The position numbers and the translations under genes are program-made. This document shows positions 28,895 through 36,676 of a stretch of DNA of 64,000 nucleotides, one piece after another (positions within the stretch are counted from its first letter, which is position 1; each line of letters opens with the position of its first letter). A model generated the notes under the pieces. It was not told where the DNA came from and did not search any database. It was given only the letters and a program-made list of their open reading frames with translations. The DNA is from a virus, in IMG/VR virus record IMGVR_UViG_3300024346_007254, positions 1-64,000 of that record; one strand, given 5' to 3'.

Positions 28895-29520
28895 TCGCCT
28901 AAAATAATATCCCCGGTATGTGCATCAATGTATATATGTGTTCCTAAACTATCAGCAACATAATGTATCCATGCGTCATCAGGATGCTGCTTAATTGGGT
29001 TTAAAAGATATTCCTTTTCTGTTATTGTATATTCCTTGCCAATCGGCTTTGTAAAAATTAAGAAGTCGTGCCTGCCTTCTTGAAAAAAGTCAACTAGTTC
29101 AGTGCAAGTTTCAAACGCTTCTACATCTACAAGTATATTAACATTAACTAAAACATTCATTTCATACAAATATTCAGCCACGTTGCGAGCTTTAACTTTT
29201 TTGATTGTTTTGTAATTTACAATTAAATTAACACGGTCGAGTACTCTTCCTGCCTTTGTCCACCAGATAATACCATTTGAACCATCTGAATCTATTTCAA
29301 GAATACATTTATACGTGTTTTTTAAATAGTCGCACAACAACAAAAAGTTATCACATGTTTCCGGTGCTGCAATGTTAAACTTAATAGTAACAAGCTCATC
29401 TTTTTTAAGTAGACAAGAGATATCTTCTTTTACAGTTTCTAATTCTAATTTCTTAGTTGTGCCAATGTCAAATTCTATTTTTTTAATAATTTTTAAATCT
29501 TTTTTGTGTAAATTCATCAT
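28873..29520 (-). CDS. Hypothetical protein, probable degenerate type-A radical SAM fold lacking the Cys triad
   Basis: KIEFDIG, EIDSDGS..WW, VNVNILVD, YT..EKEYL mirror type-A segments. No CxxxCxxC. Confidence 0.5.
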   Translation of the reverse strand: MMNLHKKDLKIIKKIEFDIGTTKKLELETVKEDISCLLKKDELVTIKFNIAAPETCDNFLLLCDYLKNTYKCILEIDSDGSNGIIWWTKAGRVLDRVNLIVNYKTIKKVKARNVAEYLYEMNVLVNVNILVDVEAFETCTELVDFFQEGRHDFLIFTKPIGKEYTITEKEYLLNPIKQHPDDAWIHYVADSLGTHIYIDAHTGDIILGECLNIPN

Positions 29521-30908
29521 AATAAGTGTGCCAATTCCGGAAATACTTTTTTAGCACTAACACCGCGTATTGCGTCCAGCTTAGTTACATATTCTTTAAA
29601 GTCAGGAAGTAGATATGAATTGTCTTGTGCATTCATATGATTTAGCACTCCTTCCCAACGTGCCCAGCCATACGGATTATTATCCCAAAATCCTTCTGAT
29701 TCGTGATGTGCTTTTAGATATCCTTTAAAACTCATAAAGTTTTCTTCTACTTCTTTTTTATCATCCTTAGGTAACATTTGTATACTTAAAAAGGTCGGAA
29801 TATATAACAGGTGCATGTTAAATAGTCCGCCGCCATGTAGAACAAAGGACGTCATTTCAGTATTAACTTTTTTAAAGTTTTGAGACATTTTCCAATACGC
29901 AAAATCAGGTAAGTGTTTAACATTAAAGATTTGTATTGCGGTTGCAATCGACGGAGATATATTATACGGAGAGTTGTCTAACATATGCATAGTCTCTTCA
30001 ATTGTATTCCAGTCACTTGGATGTCGAATGTATGCATTTCGTTGTCCGGTTGCATCAATACTTACACCAACTTTTACTTGCTGAAAGTAATTCCATAACT
30101 CCATTAAATCTTTGTCAATAAGTAATCCGTTTGTATTATAGCGTAGAATAATGTTTTTGGCATATCCTGATTTTACAATTTGTTCAATAAATTCTTTATG
30201 CTGCTTAATCATTAACGGCTCGCCACCGGCAAAATATACTTCTTTTAAATAGGGAATCTGTCTGTACATTTGATCCCAAAACTCTGGGTTTTCATGCCAT
30301 TTGTTATTAAATGTCATCTTGTCCCATTGTAATTGATCCTTAACTGTTTCACTTTCTAGTTGAGGAAATAGTTCTTGCCAATCTTTGACCCATTTACTAC
30401 TATCATGCGGACTGCACATAACGCACTTGATGTTACAAGTGTGTCCGAGACGTAAGTCAAGGTATTGTAGTTTATCCGGAACCCTGCCCTCTGGTGTTGT
30501 ATTAGATAGTAACTCGGTTAGATCTAAGTCACGCCTTGCTATCCATGCAGAAGTTTCCCACAAGCGTTTGCTTGCAACTCCTTTTGCTTCTTCTTCAAAG
30601 CATTTCGTACAACTAGCAGGAATGTTTCCTTCCATCATTGTTGTACGCACAGATCTCATGTAATCACTGTTCCATGCTTCAAGTGGTGTCATTTTTGCAA
30701 AATTAGAAGGATTACCGTTAACGTCTTTTACTAATCCTATAGTATGATCAGTGCCTGCGCCGCTGGCATTTGCAGAACAACAAAGGCGCATATCCCCATT
30801 TGGTCTAGTTGCTAAATGTATCCACGGAAGAGCGCACATTGTTTTTGTACCGGATTCTTCAATCACGTGCTGCCAATGTTCCATTATTCTTTGGCTGGAA
30901 TTTGACAT
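29517..30908 (-). CDS. Radical SAM protein, type C
   Basis: MCALPWIHLATRPNG..LCC..CTKCFEEE, CNIKCVMCSPHDSS, AGGEP. Close paralogue of 5469-6893. Confidence 0.9.
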   Translation of the reverse strand: MSNSSQRIMEHWQHVIEESGTKTMCALPWIHLATRPNGDMRLCCSANASGAGTDHTIGLVKDVNGNPSNFAKMTPLEAWNSDYMRSVRTTMMEGNIPASCTKCFEEEAKGVASKRLWETSAWIARRDLDLTELLSNTTPEGRVPDKLQYLDLRLGHTCNIKCVMCSPHDSSKWVKDWQELFPQLESETVKDQLQWDKMTFNNKWHENPEFWDQMYRQIPYLKEVYFAGGEPLMIKQHKEFIEQIVKSGYAKNIILRYNTNGLLIDKDLMELWNYFQQVKVGVSIDATGQRNAYIRHPSDWNTIEETMHMLDNSPYNISPSIATAIQIFNVKHLPDFAYWKMSQNFKKVNTEMTSFVLHGGGLFNMHLLYIPTFLSIQMLPKDDKKEVEENFMSFKGYLKAHHESEGFWDNNPYGWARWEGVLNHMNAQDNSYLLPDFKEYVTKLDAIRGVSAKKVFPELAHLL

Positions 30909-31514
30909 CTACTTTCTTCCAATCACTAAAAATCTATTATATAACGGCAACTCTAAAGTTTCCTTACAATATATACTATTTAATCCGCAAAAATCAGCAA
31001 ACTTATCTGCATCAACTTCACAGCGTACATGCTCCGGAAGGGAAGTATAATTATTGCTCTGCAAAATAACTAAACTGCTATCAGGTACACGAGATAACCA
31101 TAAGTCGTAATGATCACGTGTTAAATGTTCAGTACTTGTGTTAATTACATATTCGGGTTCTGTTTCATAATTCCATGCTGCCATGTCAGAGGTATGTGCA
31201 TGAAAGCGGCTTTCCATTTCAAACCTCTTGTTAATCATATTAGCAACTTCTTCGCAGCCTGGATCAATATCAATACTATCTATGTGATTAATTGGAATTT
31301 GGCTGTTAAACATCAAGCTTGCAAGCACTCCGTTCCATCCGCCGTGTATAACAGCGTTAGCAGGTTCAGAGTGTGCATATTTTTGCAAATGTTCAATTAG
31401 CCAAACTTTGCTATAAACTTGACCACGCCAAAAGCTTTCCAATGTGCCAAAGTAGTTTTCACTTTGTCTAATTGCATCCATCCAAAAAATAACATCTTCT
31501 ATTTCTACTTTCAT
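30909..31514 (-). CDS. Class I SAM-dependent methyltransferase-like protein
   Basis: IHGGWNGVLA, IDSIDID, VINTSTEH. Confidence 0.65.
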   Translation of the reverse strand: MKVEIEDVIFWMDAIRQSENYFGTLESFWRGQVYSKVWLIEHLQKYAHSEPANAVIHGGWNGVLASLMFNSQIPINHIDSIDIDPGCEEVANMINKRFEMESRFHAHTSDMAAWNYETEPEYVINTSTEHLTRDHYDLWLSRVPDSSLVILQSNNYTSLPEHVRCEVDADKFADFCGLNSIYCKETLELPLYNRFLVIGRK

Positions 31515-32428
31515 GGGTTTAATAAAATCTTTTTCCAGTGTTCTATAGTTTTAGCAATACCTTCTTCGTATGAGACTTTAGGTGCCCATCCAGTTTTTTC
31601 TGTAATCAAATTATGATTGCTGTTAAGCCACCATATTTCTCCATGGCGTGGATCTTTGGTATCCCAATTAATAGTGCCCTTCCAGTCTAGCTGCTCGGCA
31701 ATATAATTTGCACAATCTCTAATTTTGCGAGGATCGTCTGGACCAATTGTAAAGATGTTTCCTTTACAAGTATCTCTGTTTTCAATAACAGCCATCCATG
31801 CATCTAACAAATCGTCAATATAGATAAAGTTACGATATGGTTCGGCATATCCAAGATTACATTCATCACTTGTTAGCATTTGTGCTATGATGTGCTCAGT
31901 TATAAAAAAATCGTTATCCTTGCGCCCATAAGCATTTGTTTGTCTAAAGCTAGCCCACTCTAGTCCGTATGCACGTTCGGCGTACTCGAGATACTTTTCA
32001 CAGCCATACTTAGCAACTGCATACGGCGCGTTAGGATGAGGTTGCGTATGCTCGTCAAATGCAACACGGGTTGTGTATGTACCTGTATTTTCAACTTCGT
32101 CGCTAATTGGTTGCCAACCGTAAACTTCCATTGTGCTAGCAAATACAAAGTATGGCATTGGATCAACTTGTCGACATGCTTCAATTAAGTTAACTGTTCC
32201 TACATAGTTCACCTCACTAAAACTAACCTGCTCGTAAAAGCTTTTTTGTACTTCTGTTCGTGCTGCTAGGTGCACCACAATATCCGGAGCAACTGCTTTC
32301 ACTTCGTCTTGTACTGCAAGGTGATCTGTTAAGTCACTTTTGAGATCAACAACTTCTCCTAGTTGTAGCAAGCGAGGCAGCAAATGCTGTCCAATAAATC
32401 CGCTTGCGCCTGTAAGTAATATTTTCAT
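31511..32428 (-). CDS. NAD-dependent nucleotide-sugar epimerase/dehydratase (extended SDR)
   Basis: LTGASGFIG, HLAA, ASTMEVYG, PYAVAK (YxxxK), RNFIYIDD. Confidence 0.9.
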   Translation of the reverse strand: MKILLTGASGFIGQHLLPRLLQLGEVVDLKSDLTDHLAVQDEVKAVAPDIVVHLAARTEVQKSFYEQVSFSEVNYVGTVNLIEACRQVDPMPYFVFASTMEVYGWQPISDEVENTGTYTTRVAFDEHTQPHPNAPYAVAKYGCEKYLEYAERAYGLEWASFRQTNAYGRKDNDFFITEHIIAQMLTSDECNLGYAEPYRNFIYIDDLLDAWMAVIENRDTCKGNIFTIGPDDPRKIRDCANYIAEQLDWKGTINWDTKDPRHGEIWWLNSNHNLITEKTGWAPKVSYEEGIAKTIEHWKKILLNP

Positions 32429-33486
32429 TTTTGTACCTTTTTTAAAAAATTATAATTATCGGGAATTCTTTTTATATCAAATGTTTGATGATAGTGTTCA
32501 CGCTGATCAATATCAGGAATACCTTGGATTGCATCAAGAATGGAATCAGAGGCGTGCTCGTTTGTTTGAACAATGTTTAACAGGTTATTAAAATTGTAAA
32601 GAACTTTCTTTTGTAATTTATTTTGTAATTCTGTTATATCGTATTGACAAAGTTTGGCAACTTCTTTCATAAACATTTCACAACGCTTTTCGTCATCAAG
32701 CTCTTTATCAAATGAATAATCTATTACTTCGTCAAACAGTTTAAATCCCATTTTCTTTAAATATCGATGAGTATAAGGAGCACCAGATATTAAAAACGGA
32801 CGTTGATGATAAATTGGAACATAAGTTTTTTCTGTAATAAACAATGCACGTGGATGCGACTCGCTAATAATGCTAAACAAACTATCTTTAAATTCTTCAG
32901 GAGGAATAAAGATATTTAGAAATGAATGGAATTTTTTAGCTTCGATCCATTTTTGATCGAATTCCATTCTTTCAGGCGTCCACCATTTAAAGTCATATTG
33001 ATAACTCCACTCCTCGGTATTATGCCAACTTATAAATCCATGTTGAAATAAATTTTCTTTGTACATGTAATCAATAAACATGCACCTCCACGGATGTGCC
33101 CTGCCGTTTAAACTAGTAAAATGTTTAGTAATTTCTTTATTATGTCCGAACGGTCTGACTTGATTTTCAAAAGAATGACGAAGAACAAAGTTAGCAAAAA
33201 AGGTGGGCCAGCTTCCAGTTACTTCCGGAACGCTATTTAGAAAATAGTTTGGACTTAACTTACTGTCTAATACTGCGCCTGTGATAATTTCTAATTTAAC
33301 ATTATGAAAATCTAAGAATCGTTTGAAAAGCGTAAATGATGTAGGATCGGTATAGAGGGTGGCAGCTTCCCATTCCTCTGGAGAAAAAACTATCAACTTT
33401 TCAGGTTTATTATCCGATTCAATGAGATCAACTAGATCTTTAAGTTCGGATGCGCCCCAAGGGAAAAAATATTCTACGCTGCTCAT
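32425..33486 (-). CDS. GT10-like (fucosyltransferase-motif) protein
   Basis: SIISES..FITEKT..RPF..G..LKKMGF, resembling the GT10 E-N/S..Y(I/V)TEK signature. Confidence 0.45.
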   Translation of the reverse strand: MSSVEYFFPWGASELKDLVDLIESDNKPEKLIVFSPEEWEAATLYTDPTSFTLFKRFLDFHNVKLEIITGAVLDSKLSPNYFLNSVPEVTGSWPTFFANFVLRHSFENQVRPFGHNKEITKHFTSLNGRAHPWRCMFIDYMYKENLFQHGFISWHNTEEWSYQYDFKWWTPERMEFDQKWIEAKKFHSFLNIFIPPEEFKDSLFSIISESHPRALFITEKTYVPIYHQRPFLISGAPYTHRYLKKMGFKLFDEVIDYSFDKELDDEKRCEMFMKEVAKLCQYDITELQNKLQKKVLYNFNNLLNIVQTNEHASDSILDAIQGIPDIDQREHYHQTFDIKRIPDNYNFLKKVQK

Positions 33487-33494
33487 TGTATACC

Positions 33495-33502
33495 TATAAA
33501 TA
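33495..33502 (+). promoter_or_regulatory. T4-late consensus promoter motif
   Basis: TATAAATA 4 nt upstream of ATG 33507. Confidence 0.65.
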
Positions 33503-33506
33503 TGTT

Positions 33507-34097
33507 ATGTTCGAAATAGTAACAGAATTTGAAAATAAAATTGCTGAGTTCTTTGGTGCGCCGTATGCAGTGTCAACTGATTGCTGTACGCATGCCATAG
33601 AACTGTCTTTATTATACACTAATCCTCGACGTTTGTCTATACCTTATTACAATTACTTATCTATACCTATGACAGCTAAAAAATTAAATTTGAACTGGAC
33701 ATGGCACGATAAGCATTGGGAAGAATATTACAAATTAGAATTTACAAATATCTACGATGCTGCTGTGCTTTGGAAACAGAACAGTTACATCAAAGGATCG
33801 TTTATGTGTTTAAGTTTTCAATACCGAAAGCACCTTAGTCTAGGACGAGGAGGCATGATACTAACTGATGACCGTACTGCATACACAGACTTGATTAAGT
33901 TAGGATATGATGGTAGGACACGAGATAAGCCCTGGGCAGAACAAGAAGTTGATTCACTTGGTTATCACTATTATATGACACCCGAAATTGCACAAACTGG
34001 GTTAGATAAATTGCCCAGTGCAATTGCTTCTACTCCAAAAAAGTGGAGTTGGAAAGACTATCCAGATTTAAGAAATATGCCATTATTCGCCAAATGA
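33507..34097 (+). CDS. Compact DegT/DnrJ/EryC1/StrS-family PLP aminotransferase
   Basis: EFENKIAEFFGAPYAV..CT.AI, IYDAA, LSFQYRKHLSLGRGGMILTDD, LGYHYYMT. Confidence 0.85.
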   Translation: MFEIVTEFENKIAEFFGAPYAVSTDCCTHAIELSLLYTNPRRLSIPYYNYLSIPMTAKKLNLNWTWHDKHWEEYYKLEFTNIYDAAVLWKQNSYIKGSFMCLSFQYRKHLSLGRGGMILTDDRTAYTDLIKLGYDGRTRDKPWAEQEVDSLGYHYYMTPEIAQTGLDKLPSAIASTPKKWSWKDYPDLRNMPLFAK

Positions 34098-34856
34098 TCT
34101 AACATTAACAGTTTCAAACACCGTTGGATATTCTTGACTTAAAAGAACATTAATTGCAGGAATCAATTTGTCAAAGTTTTTATTTTTTTGAGCAATAGCT
34201 TTTATGTCATTGTGTATTTTTGTGAATGTTTCTTTAGTTGAATCTTTTATTAGCCTACCTACATCACTGTAAATTGTCTCTGCTATCTCCAAATGTTTTA
34301 GCACGTCGGGATGAAAATCGCCCTCTACAGTACCAAAAGCCGGAGTTTTATGATCTTCGATTTTTAAGAATTTCATCGTAGGAAATGCAGTCGAATATAA
34401 CTGAAACATTTTTTGATTTGGAGTTTTAACAACACGGTCTTCGTCTACAAAGAGTCTAAATCCTGTTGCTTGCCATGATACATTGTAAAGCCTATTAGCA
34501 CAGATTATTGCTGTAGAATTTTTAACAGCATCGTTATCAGAATCCCAATACTTTTTTATAAATCTCTTATCATAGCCAGCACTTCCGGGGTTTAGAACAG
34601 ATCCGTTTGGAAGCCAATTGCCATCTTTTATTCTATCTTCCCTGCTCCAACTGGACCAAAGTATATAAATTTGATCGTCATCTTTAAATTTGTGAATTAG
34701 ATCTGCCTCAAGAAGGCGGTGGAAAATTCCTACGTTTCCTAAACCAGCAAGCGCATAATTACAATACTCAATTCCTTGATCGTATGCAATTATGTCTGCC
34801 CAGGTCGGCCAGCAGTACTGTGTAAAACTGCATCCAAAAGTAAAAATTCTACTCAT
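34083..34856 (-). CDS. SGNH-like hydrolase or acyltransferase (G-C-S)
   Basis: FTFGCSFT..WAD..N.A.AG.GN..WS..SRED..DFHP. Confidence 0.65.
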   Translation of the reverse strand: MSRIFTFGCSFTQYCWPTWADIIAYDQGIEYCNYALAGLGNVGIFHRLLEADLIHKFKDDDQIYILWSSWSREDRIKDGNWLPNGSVLNPGSAGYDKRFIKKYWDSDNDAVKNSTAIICANRLYNVSWQATGFRLFVDEDRVVKTPNQKMFQLYSTAFPTMKFLKIEDHKTPAFGTVEGDFHPDVLKHLEIAETIYSDVGRLIKDSTKETFTKIHNDIKAIAQKNKNFDKLIPAINVLLSQEYPTVFETVNVRSFGE

Positions 34857-34863
34857 ATCATTC

Positions 34864-34888
34864 CTTAAATATAGTATGAGTATTTATA
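34864..34888. promoter_or_regulatory. Opposed late-promoter-like motifs serving divergent genes
   Basis: CTTAAATA on plus (34864-34871), 4 nt before ATG 34876. TATAAATA on minus (34888-34881), upstream of an AAGGA RBS and ATG 34856. Confidence 0.6.
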
Positions 34889-35883
34889 GCACCAATGAGT
34901 GGGATCCACTAAAGAAGGTTGTAGTAGGCGTAGCCGATTATGCACGTATTCCAGAAATGGACAAAAGTTTACGTTGTATCAATTATGCAGACAGAGACAA
35001 TGTAAACGATGTAGTTGCTGGGTTGTATCCCCAACAGGTTGTAGACGAAAGTAATGAAGATCTAGAAACATTTGTTAAGTTTTTAGAAGGAGAAAGTGTT
35101 GAAGTTGTAAGACCTAAGCGCACTCCGGATGTAAAATATTATAACTATTGTCCTAGAGATACTGTGTTTGTACACGGTACTAAAGCACTTGCTGCACCAA
35201 TGGCACTCGAATCAAGAGCCGAAGAGTGGAAATATTTACTGCCAGGTGCAGCACCAATTGAAATCGGTGCAAGGACTAGTAGAGAAGGGTTATATGACGA
35301 GTCATGTGTAGGCAATCCTGATAAACTTGCACTCACTGAGACTTCGCCTTGTTTCGACGCTGCTAATGCTATCAAAGCTAATGATGACGTATTGTACTTG
35401 GTCAGCAATAGTGGCAATAAAGCTGGCGCTACATATTTACAAGATTGGATTAACAAGCCTAGAAACAATTTTGTCGATCCTGGAAATATTAAAGTTCATA
35501 CACTCGAAAATGTTTATAGCTACATGCATATCGATAGCACTATTGCGTTTTTAAGAGAGGGGCTGTTGCTTGCTAATCCAAGTCGTATTAAAGACAAAGA
35601 CATGCTGCCTGCCCCATTTAATAATTGGGATATAATTTGGGCACCCGAACCAGTTGATGCAGGACATTATCCCGGACTGTGTAATAGTAGCATTTGGACA
35701 TGGAACGTAAACTTGTTCAGCGTCAACCCAAACCTAGTCGTGTTAGAGGAACATCAGGTGCCTACGCGCGACGCACTGGAGGCATACGGTATCGAGTGCG
35801 CTATGTTGCCACTAAGACACGCACGCACGTTAGGTGGGTGTTTTCACTGTTGCACGCTAGACCTTGTGCGTAAAGTTTCCTGA
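34876..35883 (+). CDS. Amidinotransferase (glycine / inosamine-phosphate amidinotransferase family)
   Basis: STNEWDPLKKVVVG, YCPRD, FDAAN, MHIDST, LGGCFHCCTLD (catalytic Asp/His/Cys). Confidence 0.9.
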   Translation: MSIYSTNEWDPLKKVVVGVADYARIPEMDKSLRCINYADRDNVNDVVAGLYPQQVVDESNEDLETFVKFLEGESVEVVRPKRTPDVKYYNYCPRDTVFVHGTKALAAPMALESRAEEWKYLLPGAAPIEIGARTSREGLYDESCVGNPDKLALTETSPCFDAANAIKANDDVLYLVSNSGNKAGATYLQDWINKPRNNFVDPGNIKVHTLENVYSYMHIDSTIAFLREGLLLANPSRIKDKDMLPAPFNNWDIIWAPEPVDAGHYPGLCNSSIWTWNVNLFSVNPNLVVLEEHQVPTRDALEAYGIECAMLPLRHARTLGGCFHCCTLDLVRKVS

Positions 35884-36645
35884 GTCGATAATTTTAATAA
35901 GCCGTTCGGCAGTATCAGAATGAAAGCCAGGGCCGTCGTGGTCAAAATCACGTGCTCGATCTTTAATGTCCGGACTAACAAACCAAAGCTTGCGAGAACT
36001 AATGATGACCTCTTGTTCAATGTCGTCGTCCCAGGTCCAGTTAAATACCGGAACGCCTAGCGATTCCCAAATGTTATTGAAATTTTCAAACCAGATAAAG
36101 TTGTTAAAACTCATTTCAGCAGTATCGACTATATATCGTTTACCCCACCATCTTCCGTCATGCGTTGGAGTTTCGGACATATCATTAAATTCTAAAAACT
36201 TTTGTTCAGTAGAAGCAAACATTTTTCTTGATTTTTGAGGCCACTGTACTATAACTAACTTTGGCAAGGGTAACTTATTAGTTTTCCATAAGGTAGTATT
36301 GTAGTATTGTATATCCATTCCAGTAGCACCTTTGGCGCAATTATATAAATCAAGATTTAGATGAGTTTTTAGAGTGTGGTTCCAAATTTGATCTTCGCAA
36401 AGTCCTATGCCTTCGGTATAACTGCATCCAAAAGTTAAAAGAAAATCGTCATTAAGATCCTCGATGTTTTTTGTTCTATGCCCATATTTGTTAAATTTGT
36501 ATTCAATCTCATATTCAAATTGTTTTTGAAATTCGAGAGGTTGTTTTAAAAACTTTTTCTCAGAATCAGCACTATACCATTTTAAGGTTTGGTTTGCACG
36601 ATCCGTGTCGCACAGTAAAGGTTTATCGCGATACCATTGTAGCAT
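35857..36645 (-). CDS. SGNH-like hydrolase or acyltransferase (G-C-S)
   Basis: YKFNKYGHR, TFGCSYTEG, ARDFDHDG. Start at ATG 36645 with an AGGA RBS. Confidence 0.65.
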   Translation of the reverse strand: MLQWYRDKPLLCDTDRANQTLKWYSADSEKKFLKQPLEFQKQFEYEIEYKFNKYGHRTKNIEDLNDDFLLTFGCSYTEGIGLCEDQIWNHTLKTHLNLDLYNCAKGATGMDIQYYNTTLWKTNKLPLPKLVIVQWPQKSRKMFASTEQKFLEFNDMSETPTHDGRWWGKRYIVDTAEMSFNNFIWFENFNNIWESLGVPVFNWTWDDDIEQEVIISSRKLWFVSPDIKDRARDFDHDGPGFHSDTAERLIKIIDSGNFTHKV

Positions 36646-36655
36646 TTTAGTTCCT

Positions 36656-36676
36656 AATAAATATATTGTATTTACA
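36656..36676. promoter_or_regulatory. Opposed late-promoter-like motifs serving divergent genes
   Basis: AATAAATA on plus (36656-36663) and TGTAAATA on minus (36676-36669), in the gap between divergent genes. Confidence 0.5.
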
